A DNA stretch of 64,000 bases from positions 55,600 to 119,599 of IMG/VR virus record IMGVR_UViG_3300046806_000356, one strand, 5' to 3'. Shown here in pieces: positions 1-8,889 of this stretch (the first letter of the stretch is position 1; every line of letters begins with the position of its first letter). The stretch is from a virus. The position numbers and the translations under genes are program-made. The notes beneath the pieces were generated by a model that saw nothing but the letters and a program-made list of their open reading frames with translations, did not search any database and was not told the DNA's origin.

Positions 1-3
1 TAA

Positions 4-47
4 AGTGGCACACCGGGACACCTATGACCCTTTGAATGCATTATAAT
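4..47 (+). promoter_or_regulatory. Early promoter: right half of 24-bp palindrome (AGTGGCACA) plus -10 TATAAT
   Basis: AGTGGCACA at 4-12, TATAAT at 42-47; same 29-nt spacing as the other copies; left half cut by window edge. Confidence 0.7.
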
Positions 48-69
48 ATATTTTGATTCACAATTTATT

Positions 70-597
70 ATGACTATTCTCCCATACATTGGTTCAGTCA
101 TTAATCTTGCCAATGGATTTTCGCAAGCAACCAGACCCAAGCACGTGGGTCAAATGAGTGATTTAATTCAAGAATATCGCAATTCTACTTGTACTCTCAG
201 TGAAGATGGTTGGAGGCAATTTTATTGTGAAAAAATTGGTTCAGATAAAATAAAAAATGCTTCCAATAAAAGTTGGGAATGCATTCAACGTATAAGGGAA
301 AACCTGAACAGTTTAACTCATGAGGATGTATATAACTGGGTAGACGATCTTATCATTACTAAAACCTTTTCTGGGTTACAACTTCAACTTGACATTTTGG
401 AAATGGTATGCGATAATGATAATTATCGTCTTGCTACTCCTGAAGAAGAATCACAGGGTATTGATGGATTTGTAAATGGGGAACCAGTTTCAATTAAACC
501 CAATACTTACAAAAAAACAATTGAGTATGGCAAAGAAAATATAGAGTATCGCATCATTTATTATAAACAAACTAATAAAGGTCTTGTAGTTGTATGA
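70..597 (+). CDS. MjaI-family-like type II restriction endonuclease
   Basis: ATRPKHVGQMSDLIQE N-terminal motif and PEEESQGIDGFVNGEPVSIKP (PD-(D/E/S)xK-type core); overlaps the methyltransferase start. Confidence 0.7.
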   Translation: MTILPYIGSVINLANGFSQATRPKHVGQMSDLIQEYRNSTCTLSEDGWRQFYCEKIGSDKIKNASNKSWECIQRIRENLNSLTHEDVYNWVDDLIITKTFSGLQLQLDILEMVCDNDNYRLATPEEESQGIDGFVNGEPVSIKPNTYKKTIEYGKENIEYRIIYYKQTNKGLVVV

Positions 598-1415
598 ATA
601 GGATTATTTGCTCAGATGCGCTCACTGCCTTAAAGGAAATTGAAAGTAGTAGTGTAGATATTGTGCTTACATCTCCCCCATATAATTTTGATATGGATTA
701 TGATAAGCACAATGATAAGGACGATGCTCACAAGTATATTGATACTCTTGTAACTATTTTTGGTGAGTGTATACGCACTCTTAAAGATGGAGGAAGACTT
801 ATTATCAATATTCAACCAAATTACAAAGATTATTTCCCATCACATCATTATATTACCACTGCAATGATAGAAAGTGGTTTAATCTGGCGTGGTGAAATTC
901 TTTGGTTGAAGAATAATTTGAGTAAATTAACTGCATGGGGTAGTTGGAAATCACCATCGTGTCCATATTTGTCTTATCCATTCGAATTTATTGAAGTGTT
1001 CAGTAAAGCATCACTTAAACATGTTGGTAATAAAGAAGATATCGATATTACCAAAGAAGAATTCATCAAATATGTGAATGGACATTGGAGTATTGCACCA
1101 GAAACAAGAATGAAAGAATTTGATCATCCAGCTATGTTTCCAGAAGAATTGGTACGTCGTTGCCTTAAATTGTTTTCATACAAAAATGATGTGATTCTTG
1201 ATCCTTTTAATGGTGCTGGAACAACTACTTTAGTGGCACACGAACTGGGTAGGCAATATATTGGTATTGATATTAGTGAAGCATATTGTGAAATAGCAAA
1301 AAATCGCATACTAAAATACAATCCTCTTGATAATTTCTTCTCCGACTGTACCACTTCCCGAACTGGCACACAGGGCACTCCAGACCCCTCTGAGTGCCCT
1401 ATAATAGTCTCATAA
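594..1415 (+). CDS. DNA amino-methyltransferase, beta class (N4-C/N6-A; SPPY suggests N4-cytosine)
   Basis: TSPPY catalytic motif near N-terminus, HPAMFP, and ILDPFNGAGTT SAM-binding motif near C-terminus. Confidence 0.92.
   Translation: MNRIICSDALTALKEIESSSVDIVLTSPPYNFDMDYDKHNDKDDAHKYIDTLVTIFGECIRTLKDGGRLIINIQPNYKDYFPSHHYITTAMIESGLIWRGEILWLKNNLSKLTAWGSWKSPSCPYLSYPFEFIEVFSKASLKHVGNKEDIDITKEEFIKYVNGHWSIAPETRMKEFDHPAMFPEELVRRCLKLFSYKNDVILDPFNGAGTTTLVAHELGRQYIGIDISEAYCEIAKNRILKYNPLDNFFSDCTTSRTGTQGTPDPSECPIIVS
1347..1405 (+). promoter_or_regulatory. Palindrome-linked early promoter
   Basis: TGTACCACT-N6-ACTGGCACA 1347-1370; TATAAT 1400-1405. Confidence 0.75.
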
Positions 1416-1426
1416 GCAAAACACCC

Positions 1427-1873
1427 ATGACTGCCACCTTTGCCGACTACGTTGCCCAGCAAGACGCAAGGAACACCATCCAGTTGAACGTTACCAAGTG
1501 GTGTTACCTGTTGATTGATGCACTCAAACAGAATTACACTGATTATGCCATTCGTGGACATCAACGTAGTATTGCAATTCATGGTACTCAAGTTGATTAT
1601 CATCAACAGAGGATTGATGAACTGAAGTCTGGTGATTGTTCGATTGATTACACTATCGAATCTGGTAAAAAGTATCACAAAATCATTCTGATTGATGGTG
1701 GTGGTTCACGTTCTGTTCATGCCTTTGTGGACAAGAAGACTGGTGAGGTTTACAAGTCTGCTTCTTGGAAGTCTCCTGCAAAAGGTGTTCGTTATGATCT
1801 TCGTTTGATTGAAGAACGTGAATGGTTGCTGGAGAATGCAGACTGGGCAGGTGGTTACCTCTACGCAAAATGA
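1427..1873 (+). CDS. Conserved hypothetical cyanophage early protein
   Basis: ATG at 1427 just after promoter; SVHAFVDKKTGEVYKSASWKSPAKGVRY motif recurrent in phage hypotheticals. Confidence 0.8.
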   Translation: MTATFADYVAQQDARNTIQLNVTKWCYLLIDALKQNYTDYAIRGHQRSIAIHGTQVDYHQQRIDELKSGDCSIDYTIESGKKYHKIILIDGGGSRSVHAFVDKKTGEVYKSASWKSPAKGVRYDLRLIEEREWLLENADWAGGYLYAK

Positions 1874-2010
1874 ATATGACAACGACTGACAAACTTATTT
1901 TCATCTCATCCTTCGTTTGGTTTCTTCATTGGTCATGCAGTCTATCATTGAAATTAGTGGATATGGTTATCACAAACGGGTCTGTGAGAGTGTTACCACT
2001 TGGTTTTTGA
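1870..2010 (+). CDS. Small hydrophobic hypothetical protein
   Basis: ATGA overlap with upstream stop; MNMTTTDKLIFISSFVWFLHW; overlaps the next ORF. Confidence 0.45.
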   Translation: MNMTTTDKLIFISSFVWFLHWSCSLSLKLVDMVITNGSVRVLPLGF

Positions 2011-2414
2011 ATGAGTTCTTTCCACGGCATAAACTCTACGTTGAGATTGTGCATCGTGGTCTGAAACGTGATTGTGCCTATGGTTATTGTGACTATACCG
2101 GTGAGGCATATCGTCCTCGTGAGTTTCTGGTTGAATTGGATACTTACATGAATCAAGAGTTGTATATTAAGACACTTCTTCATGAACTGGTACACCTGCA
2201 ACAGTGGGTGACTGGAACTCTTCGTGCCAAACGTGGTAAAAGGTATTATAATTCCATTAATGTGGAGGATATTGAGTATTGGGATCAACCACATGAAATA
2301 GAGGCACGGGGACAGGAAGAAATACTATATCAACAGTATCTGAATGCAATGAACCCTGTGCCAGTACGACAAGTGGCACACTACTTCCCCAATCGACTGC
2401 TGAATGCAGTATAA
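1935..2414 (+). CDS. Putative zincin-like metallopeptidase
   Basis: TLLHELVH (HExxH) plus downstream YWDQPHEIEA third-ligand motif. Confidence 0.7.
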   Translation: MQSIIEISGYGYHKRVCESVTTWFLNEFFPRHKLYVEIVHRGLKRDCAYGYCDYTGEAYRPREFLVELDTYMNQELYIKTLLHELVHLQQWVTGTLRAKRGKRYYNSINVEDIEYWDQPHEIEARGQEEILYQQYLNAMNPVPVRQVAHYFPNRLLNAV

Positions 2415-2415
2415 T
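2357..2415 (+). promoter_or_regulatory. Palindrome-linked early promoter
   Basis: TGTGCCAGT-N6-AGTGGCACA 2357-2380; TATAAT 2410-2415. Confidence 0.75.
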
Positions 2416-2438
2416 TACAAGGTAATCAAGAGAACACC

Positions 2439-2687
2439 ATGAAACTCGAATGCTACACCACCGGTAACGTTGTCGATTACTATCCAGTCAAGTTTGTGGA
2501 TGGTACTATCTTGACCGAATGGTTTTTGAGGATTGTATCATTCGAGGGTACTGAAACTACATCAAAGAAGTTTCTTCGTAAGAAGGATGCGTTTGATGAG
2601 GTGAATGAACGTATTGCCCATGGCTATAAAGTAATCGACTTTAATCTCATTCCACAGATTGGTAATCCCATTGCAGGTGCTTGCTAA
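2439..2687 (+). CDS. Hypothetical protein
   Basis: ORF directly after promoter. Confidence 0.7.
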   Translation: MKLECYTTGNVVDYYPVKFVDGTILTEWFLRIVSFEGTETTSKKFLRKKDAFDEVNERIAHGYKVIDFNLIPQIGNPIAGAC

Positions 2688-2861
2688 ATGACTACAATTC
2701 ATCGTTTTAATAATCTCTTTGATGCCGTGAGGTTCTTGACTGATACATTTCAGATGACGAATCAAGAAGCAACTCATTTTGTCTGGGATCATCAATCTAC
2801 GATTGGAACTGATCGTGGAGTTTGGATTGACGTAAAATCACTGACTGGACTGGTAAAATGA
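2688..2861 (+). CDS. Hypothetical protein (57 aa, not in ORF track)
   Basis: Manually read MTTIHRFNNLFDAVRFL...GLVK*; abuts both neighbours. Confidence 0.65.
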   Translation: MTTIHRFNNLFDAVRFLTDTFQMTNQEATHFVWDHQSTIGTDRGVWIDVKSLTGLVK

Positions 2862-3046
2862 ACAACAACACAACTTGGTTTCAAATTTTTGTAGTTCTTG
2901 GTGCTGGTATTATTCTTCTTGTGCTTGCTGCTGGTCTTCTTTCTGTTACTAATCCAAGAATTGAGGCAAAATGTCAAGCAGCAGGAGGACAAGTTCTTGC
3001 TCGTCCTGGTAATGTTAGTTCCTGCCTTTATCCTATAAACAAATGA
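2858..3046 (+). CDS. Small membrane protein
   Basis: N-terminal hydrophobic helix, two Cys; ATGA coupling. Confidence 0.7.
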   Translation: MNNNTTWFQIFVVLGAGIILLVLAAGLLSVTNPRIEAKCQAAGGQVLARPGNVSSCLYPINK

Positions 3047-3246
3047 CTGAAACACAAATGAATCTGAATGTCCATGAGGTGGGCATTCTCCTCTCTGCAC
3101 TTCAAACGTTGAGTGTGAGTGATGAGAGAGTGATTGCCAGAGACTATGGAAGTGCTCCGGCATTGTATAATAAACTTTACAGTTTGTATGAGCAGATGGA
3201 TAGGTCAAAGGTTGAATTACGTTATGAGTTAACACCATCATTTTGA
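3043..3246 (+). CDS. Hypothetical protein
   Basis: ATGA-coupled ORF. Confidence 0.7.
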   Translation: MTETQMNLNVHEVGILLSALQTLSVSDERVIARDYGSAPALYNKLYSLYEQMDRSKVELRYELTPSF

Positions 3247-3249
3247 ATC

Positions 3250-3465
3250 ATGGATTCAAAGGCACGAATTCTTTCCAGCATTACAATTGTTTTTGCATTC
3301 TACATCACTCTTTATCATGATACATCGGTGGGTGCAAGATTGTATATGATTGGAAATCTTCTGGCACTTCCTTATATGATTCGCAATAAGTGTTGGGATG
3401 TAGTTGCTTTACTTACATTTTTGATTATTATGGGGTTACCAAAAGTTATCGGAGCAACGACATGA
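3250..3465 (+). CDS. Small membrane protein (about 3 TM helices)
   Basis: Highly hydrophobic 71 aa. Confidence 0.7.
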   Translation: MDSKARILSSITIVFAFYITLYHDTSVGARLYMIGNLLALPYMIRNKCWDVVALLTFLIIMGLPKVIGATT

Positions 3466-3665
3466 ATAACAAAGACCTTCAATCATTTATCACAGCATTT
3501 GACGATTTTATGAAACACTTTGATGCCGAAGAACTTTACTACGAAGGTCGTATGGTTTATGAGAATCACCGTGCCGAAGCACGACGTATTCAAGAACAAG
3601 AGATTGAATCAAAGGCTGCAGAACTGGAAGTGACCTGTGACTATTATATGATGGAGTTTATGTAA
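3462..3665 (+). CDS. Hypothetical protein
   Basis: ATG at 3462 coupled to upstream stop; C-terminal AAELEVTCDYYMMEF motif typical of cyanophage small ORFs. Confidence 0.7.
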   Translation: MNNKDLQSFITAFDDFMKHFDAEELYYEGRMVYENHRAEARRIQEQEIESKAAELEVTCDYYMMEFM

Positions 3666-3880
3666 TGAATCTTTATATCATCAACCAAATTCTGCACGAT
3701 TACACTTCTGGTATGGTAGTCATTGCCGCCGAATCTAAAGAACAATGTCGTGAATTGTTTATTGAAAAGTTTGTTAACTATGGTGCCGAAGATTTCGATC
3801 ATGAATGTACCGAGTTCACTGTGATTGAAGGTGTGAATCATCCTGCTGGTATTGTTGACTATGTGTATGGTGGAGAATGA
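3665..3880 (+). CDS. Hypothetical protein
   Basis: TAATG-coupled ORF. Confidence 0.7.
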   Translation: MNLYIINQILHDYTSGMVVIAAESKEQCRELFIEKFVNYGAEDFDHECTEFTVIEGVNHPAGIVDYVYGGE

Positions 3881-4047
3881 ATCAAACAACTAAACTACTG
3901 TTCGCACTTATGCAAATAGAAGGTATCACTAAACTGATGAAAGACAATGAGTCTGAGCATTACCTTAACACCTTTCTAACACCTGTCAATGCAGAACTTA
4001 ACCGACAGTTGACAAATCTCACACAATCATCTAAAATTAAGGAGTAA
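3877..4047 (+). CDS. Hypothetical protein (56 aa, not in ORF track)
   Basis: Manually read MNQTTKLLFALMQIEG...RQLTNLTQSSKIKE*. Confidence 0.6.
   Translation: MNQTTKLLFALMQIEGITKLMKDNESEHYLNTFLTPVNAELNRQLTNLTQSSKIKE
4009..4037 (+). promoter_or_regulatory. sigma70-type promoter
   Basis: TTGACA-N17-TAAAAT. Confidence 0.7.
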
Positions 4048-4060
4048 TTAAGCACAAGAA

Positions 4061-4291
4061 ATGAAATCACTTTATATTGTTGACTACTGGGTGCCATTTC
4101 CATCTTCCGAGTATGGTGGTCTAATCAATCTGATTGCCGAGAATGATACGGAAGCATTTGCCATTCTATCACAGGAAAACATCTTTGATGAAAGTTATGT
4201 TGATCGCATTATGCCCAATGTAGTCAGTGCTCAGAAGTTTGCTCTTGTTGATGAGTATGAGTCTGGCATTATTGATTCTTTCACAACGTAA
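4061..4291 (+). CDS. Hypothetical protein
   Basis: ORF downstream of promoter; YIVDYWVPFPSSEYGG motif. Confidence 0.75.
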   Translation: MKSLYIVDYWVPFPSSEYGGLINLIAENDTEAFAILSQENIFDESYVDRIMPNVVSAQKFALVDEYESGIIDSFTT

Positions 4292-4296
4292 TTCAA

Positions 4297-4458
4297 ATGG
4301 AAGCACTTTATCGTATTGAAGAGTTCACTACCACAGGATGGGAACTAATTGATGAGAAGGAGGTTCGATTGACAAAAGAAGTTTGCTCTCAACATATTCA
4401 AACTTACATAAATGAGGGTGTGAACCCAAATCTTTTAAGAGTTGTTGTCGATGCTTGA
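4297..4458 (+). CDS. Hypothetical protein (53 aa, not in ORF track)
   Basis: Manually read MEALYRIEEFTTTGWELID...GVNPNLLRVVVDA*. Confidence 0.65.
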   Translation: MEALYRIEEFTTTGWELIDEKEVRLTKEVCSQHIQTYINEGVNPNLLRVVVDA

Positions 4459-4729
4459 ATTTCCACACAAAGCACCAAAGGATTATAGTTATGAATTTGA
4501 GACTTGGAACACCCGTACTGTTCGCATTATGCTCCGTTGTCATCGGCAATTTGATTATAACCTTGGTGCCAGTACCGCAACTGTATGGGGATTCTACAGT
4601 CCAAAGAAACGAATCTACTATGCACCAATCAATGCCAAGACAATTGGTAAGGAAGTGAATATAGATAATACAACTCCTTATACTGCAATGCCATTAAATA
4701 GAACGTCATTAGAAAAATGTTTTGTATGA
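4451..4729 (+). CDS. Hypothetical protein
   Basis: ATG at 4451 (MLEFPHKAPKDYSYE); tightly packed operon. Confidence 0.7.
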   Translation: MLEFPHKAPKDYSYEFETWNTRTVRIMLRCHRQFDYNLGASTATVWGFYSPKKRIYYAPINAKTIGKEVNIDNTTPYTAMPLNRTSLEKCFV

Positions 4730-4911
4730 CCACATTCTATTCAGGATTGAATGTTAAGTACAGGGATCATATTGGTTTTGTTGATTTTATGTGTGAGAAG
4801 TATATTACAATCTGTTTAGGACAGTTCGAACATAGATCAAAAGATGTCTGCATATTGATCTATCCATCACAGTGGAAAGAAGTACAACTCCTGAAAGAAT
4901 CGGAGAAATGA
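4726..4911 (+). CDS. Hypothetical protein
   Basis: ATGA coupling at 4726. Confidence 0.6.
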   Translation: MTTFYSGLNVKYRDHIGFVDFMCEKYITICLGQFEHRSKDVCILIYPSQWKEVQLLKESEK

Positions 4912-5144
4912 AACATAAGACAGTGTGGAAATGGTTTGCAATGGCACTGGGAGAGAAAGCATCCAAGTGTGATAGAGAGTCTGATATTGTAGCAAGAATT
5001 CGTGCTGTTATATTTCTCACATACTTAATCACAAACATCTTTATTGTTGCAGGAGTAATTCGACATTGGGACGATAATCAGGAAATAAAACATGAGCAAT
5101 CCATACAAGAAAATACTGTTTCCAGTTCACATTTTTCAATGTAA
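4908..5144 (+). CDS. Small membrane protein
   Basis: WKWFAMALGEKA...ITNIFIVAGVIRHW, one TM helix. Confidence 0.65.
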   Translation: MKHKTVWKWFAMALGEKASKCDRESDIVARIRAVIFLTYLITNIFIVAGVIRHWDDNQEIKHEQSIQENTVSSSHFSM

Positions 5145-5742
5145 TATTAGGGAGAATCAAATCATTCAAGATGAGATTCTTCCAATAATAGAAGACATTC
5201 ATCAGAAAAAGAAATCACTGATTCCAGATGGATGGGAAACTACAAAATTACACACGTCTTTTAATATCGCCGAAATCAATCAGCAATTGTTTTCTGAGCA
5301 AACTGCAGCGTGTCAGTATTATATGAAATACATTTCAAAGTTCTTTGATAAACCAAGTCAACTGGAGATTGTAGATATATGGTATAATTATTATGATGAT
5401 GGAGAATATCAAGAGATACATGATCATTTGAACAGTAATATCTTTTTAAAGAAATCACATTTCTCTTGTATTCACTATTTGAAGTATGATTCTGATGTTC
5501 ATGTTCCCACAACATTTGTGGATCCAATCGAACAGATTCGATCACACTCTTTGGAGATGGAATCAAATCATTATGGTCCCAAGTATCATCCATATGTGCG
5601 TGAAGGTGATTTAATTATGTTTCCAAGTTATATGCAGCATTTCGTGAGAAAATCAGATCCGACTCCAGATTCACCAAGAATCACTGTCGCATTCAATTTA
5701 CACGTATCACAATACGGAGAGTATTTTCAAGATGGAACTTAA
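5092..5742 (+). CDS. Putative 2OG-Fe(II) oxygenase (TIGR02466-like)
   Basis: WYNYY..GEYQEIHDH, EGDLIMFPSYMQHFV, RITVAFN motifs. Confidence 0.8.
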   Translation: MSNPYKKILFPVHIFQCNIRENQIIQDEILPIIEDIHQKKKSLIPDGWETTKLHTSFNIAEINQQLFSEQTAACQYYMKYISKFFDKPSQLEIVDIWYNYYDDGEYQEIHDHLNSNIFLKKSHFSCIHYLKYDSDVHVPTTFVDPIEQIRSHSLEMESNHYGPKYHPYVREGDLIMFPSYMQHFVRKSDPTPDSPRITVAFNLHVSQYGEYFQDGT

Positions 5743-6214
5743 TTTTATTGATGACTTTCTGATACAGAAAGAACAAGAGATTGTTTTGAATTATTGTGAA
5801 TCCGCACCATATCATTATGGTGAACAGGATGATAAAGATTTGCCAGTCACTGGAATGATTCACAACATTCCTGAGACAGAATTTGTGTATAAACTGTTCA
5901 AGAAACATATTTCAGATAGAATTGAGATCGTTCGGAACATGAAACTGTATCGAATGTATGTCAATTGTTTTGCACCACAGGAAAATCCTTTCTTTCATAT
6001 TGATGGCGAGGGTCTGACATTTTTGTATTATCCAAACATGCAATGGCACGTTCAGGAAGGTGGCGAGACTCAATTTTATATTGATGACAACATTTATGGC
6101 ATTATTCCCAAACCAAATCGATTAGTCGGATTTGATGGAACGATATTACATCGTGCCACATCATTTCGCAGTTTACATCGATTCACTGTGGCAATTAAGT
6201 ATTCTCCACAATAA
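5732..6214 (+). CDS. 2OG-Fe(II) oxygenase (prolyl-hydroxylase-like)
   Basis: HID (HxD), GGETQF, PKPNRLVGFDGTILHRA, RFTVA. Confidence 0.85.
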   Translation: MELNFIDDFLIQKEQEIVLNYCESAPYHYGEQDDKDLPVTGMIHNIPETEFVYKLFKKHISDRIEIVRNMKLYRMYVNCFAPQENPFFHIDGEGLTFLYYPNMQWHVQEGGETQFYIDDNIYGIIPKPNRLVGFDGTILHRATSFRSLHRFTVAIKYSPQ

Positions 6215-6244
6215 ATACAAAAAATAGATACACAAGACTTTAGA

Positions 6245-7450
6245 ATGTCACTTCCAGCATATACTGCAACAACATATTTTAATACTGGTTCAATCAGTGC
6301 TCGTTCATTGCAGACGACATTTGGTGGAAATTCAAATAATGTCAAATTTTCTACTTATCGAAGAGATGCGGATCAAACAAACACAAGTCCGATTGTACCC
6401 GATGCAACGGAGAATGATGATATTTCAACCGAAAATAATCTTAGTGCCTTAACTTTCCGTGGATCAGTCAAGGAGTTAAGTACATCTCAATCAGGTTCTG
6501 ATACAAATTTGAACATTGGTAGTACTTCAGTCTGGGGATTAAATCTCAACAAAAATATCATTAAGAATTTGAGTATTGGTGGTTTAATCACAGCCTCATC
6601 AAGCGCCACAACCGCGGCATCACTCAGTGGCAGTGCAATTAACTTAAGAATTGATATAAGTGGACAGATTTATGGTCAGTCTGGATCTGGAAATGGTGGT
6701 GGTGCTCTGTATTTGAATAATACGACGACTGTATCCAGTGGAAATGCAAGATTTATCAATGTGAATGTCAATTCAAATGGAAGAATCTGGGCTGCTGGTG
6801 GTGCAGGATCTGCAGGTGAAAGCGGAAACTCTGGTCCAGATCTTGGTTGTTATGCTGACACATACTATAATGTTAATTACTATTTTGGAGATAATCGTGA
6901 CTGGTATCAAAGTCTTGCCGATTCAGCTTGTGCAGCATATATTCCATTAAATTATAGTTCTGGTTATGCTCTTTATGGTAATCCAACCGATACAAGAACA
7001 CGTTGTCGTGGTGGTGGATATCGAAGTGGATCTACTTGGGATTCAAATAATCGATCAGGATATGCATGTGCAACAAATTGGGATCTAAGGTGTATAGCAA
7101 GAGGAAACTTTTTGGTTGCTGGTGGATCAGGTGGTGGAGGAGGAAATGCTGGAGTTGGTAGAGGATTTTCAAACAAAGGATCTTGGAGTTCAAATTATCC
7201 TCTCAATGATGCAGAGTATAATAGTGGTTCGACATCTGGTGGAGGACCTAATCCAGCAGGTGCAAATACGTGTGATGCTAATGGAACATCTTCATATGGT
7301 AATGCAGGAACAGCAGGAAATCCTGGAGGTGACTGGGGTTCCGATGGTGCTGGTGGAACAAAGGGTGCCGCAATCTCCGGATTACTATATAAGATTGTTT
7401 CTGGTGATATCGGCAGTGGACATTTACAAAGAATCAAGGGATCGAAATAG
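6245..7450 (+). CDS. Gly-rich putative virion structural/fibre protein
   Basis: GGGGG/GxG runs flanking a Cys-containing central domain; AATAAATA late-promoter-like site at ~6210. Confidence 0.6.
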   Translation: MSLPAYTATTYFNTGSISARSLQTTFGGNSNNVKFSTYRRDADQTNTSPIVPDATENDDISTENNLSALTFRGSVKELSTSQSGSDTNLNIGSTSVWGLNLNKNIIKNLSIGGLITASSSATTAASLSGSAINLRIDISGQIYGQSGSGNGGGALYLNNTTTVSSGNARFINVNVNSNGRIWAAGGAGSAGESGNSGPDLGCYADTYYNVNYYFGDNRDWYQSLADSACAAYIPLNYSSGYALYGNPTDTRTRCRGGGYRSGSTWDSNNRSGYACATNWDLRCIARGNFLVAGGSGGGGGNAGVGRGFSNKGSWSSNYPLNDAEYNSGSTSGGGPNPAGANTCDANGTSSYGNAGTAGNPGGDWGSDGAGGTKGAAISGLLYKIVSGDIGSGHLQRIKGSK

Positions 7451-7468
7451 TAAGGAGTTTATGCTATA

Positions 7469-7795
7469 ATGAAGTTGTCTCAAGTTGTTTTTCGTTTTAT
7501 TGATGAATTCTTTATTCAAGAAGCACAGGGCAAAGAGTTTCATGCCTCTCCCTCATGTCAGAAGGAAAGGTGGGAAATCTGCTCAGGTTGTGAACATTAT
7601 GATGAAGAGGAAAAAGGATGTAAGTATTGTCATTGCTATTTGCCCAATAAAATAGCAGATCCCTGGGGTGATTGTCCATTGGATAAATGGATCTCAAATT
7701 CAGAACAATGGCACGAAGAGCACTATAAATTTATTAAAGAGAAGTTAATCTCAAAGTATCCAGAATTAGAAGAGTATTTGAATGGAAAGGATTGA
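7469..7795 (+). CDS. Cys-rich small protein (DUF6171-like)
   Basis: ERWEICSGCEHY..GCKYCHCYLPNK..CPLDKW. Confidence 0.65.
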   Translation: MKLSQVVFRFIDEFFIQEAQGKEFHASPSCQKERWEICSGCEHYDEEEKGCKYCHCYLPNKIADPWGDCPLDKWISNSEQWHEEHYKFIKEKLISKYPELEEYLNGKD

Positions 7796-8375
7796 ACTCA
7801 AAGGAACATATGAAGATTTCATAGGATCATACTCCTGCATTGCTGATTCAGATTTTTGTAATGAAATCATTCATACATTTGATTATTATCAGAGTATTGA
7901 TTCTGTATATTGTGAGGATCAACAGTTTGATAATTCTAATGCAGGAAGATTCGACTGGGCACTTGATTTAATCAATATGCAACAGTCAATGAAAGGACAA
8001 TCATCTCAACAATTGAATGAGATTCTTAAGTCATGTTTAGAAGAGTATACACAAGTCTTCGGACATATGAAACAGGTGCCTTTATATTCATTGTCACAGA
8101 AGGTACAGAAGACTCCTGCTGGTGGTGGTTATCATGTTTGGCATGATGAGAATAGTGGACTTGATCACTGTTCAAGAGCATTGGTTTGGATGTTATATTT
8201 GAATGATGATTATAAAGGAGGAGAGACTGAGTTCTTGTATTATAAGAAACGTATTCAACCAGAGAAGGCAAAGTTATTGATTTGGCCTGCTGGTATGACT
8301 CATGCTCATCGTGGAGGATTAGTTTTGGAAGGAACTAAGTATATTGTAACAGGTTGGTTTTATTTGGGAAGATGA
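7782..8375 (+). CDS. 2OG-Fe(II) oxygenase, prolyl 4-hydroxylase-like
   Basis: GGYHVWHDE, LYLNDDYKGGETEF, LIWPAGMTHAHRG, KYIVTGW. Confidence 0.9.
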   Translation: MERIELKGTYEDFIGSYSCIADSDFCNEIIHTFDYYQSIDSVYCEDQQFDNSNAGRFDWALDLINMQQSMKGQSSQQLNEILKSCLEEYTQVFGHMKQVPLYSLSQKVQKTPAGGGYHVWHDENSGLDHCSRALVWMLYLNDDYKGGETEFLYYKKRIQPEKAKLLIWPAGMTHAHRGGLVLEGTKYIVTGWFYLGR

Positions 8376-8635
8376 CACAAAATCAAGAAGAGTTTCCATC
8401 ATTATCGGAACAAGGTAAAAATTTAGCAAAGTTCACCGTCGAAGTTGTAAAGAATGTACTCATAACTTCAGACCCACAAATCTATGCTTCTCATCAATTA
8501 CAAAAGGAAAGACTTGATACTTGTAAGACGTGTGAGTATTATAGTGTAAGGCAGGAACGTTGTAAGCATTGTGGTTGTTGGTTACAGCATAAGGTTAAAT
8601 TTGAGGCTGCCTATTGTCCGATTCAAAAATGGTAG
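8372..8635 (+). CDS. Cys-rich small protein (DUF6171-like), paralog of 7469-7795
   Basis: ERLDTCKTCEYY..RCKHCGCWLQHK..CPIQKW. Confidence 0.7.
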   Translation: MTQNQEEFPSLSEQGKNLAKFTVEVVKNVLITSDPQIYASHQLQKERLDTCKTCEYYSVRQERCKHCGCWLQHKVKFEAAYCPIQKW

Positions 8636-8704
8636 CCAATTATACCAAAATAGGTTAAATTTAATTAAAAAACATAATAAAAAACTATTATGTATTGTTA
8701 ATAA

Positions 8705-8736
8705 CATTCTCAATAACTACTTACTTATTGAGAATG
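8705..8736. repeat. 12-bp perfect inverted repeat
   Basis: CATTCTCAATAA-N8-TTATTGAGAATG. Confidence 0.85.
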
Positions 8737-8825
8737 AAGATCTCATAAAGGATCTCATAAAGACCTCTGAGACTTGTGTTTAATGTGCTATAAATGCCTC
8801 TGAGACTTGTGACCTTTGCCTGCGC

Positions 8826-8855
8826 ATTATAGCACGAGACCTTGCGAAATGTCAA
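8826..8855 (-). promoter_or_regulatory. Consensus sigma70 promoter on minus strand with no credible downstream ORF
   Basis: Reverse strand reads TTGACA-N18-TATAAT with TG extended -10. Confidence 0.75.
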
Positions 8856-8889
8856 CCCCCCGAAAAAATGTCACGAGATCTTTACAAAA

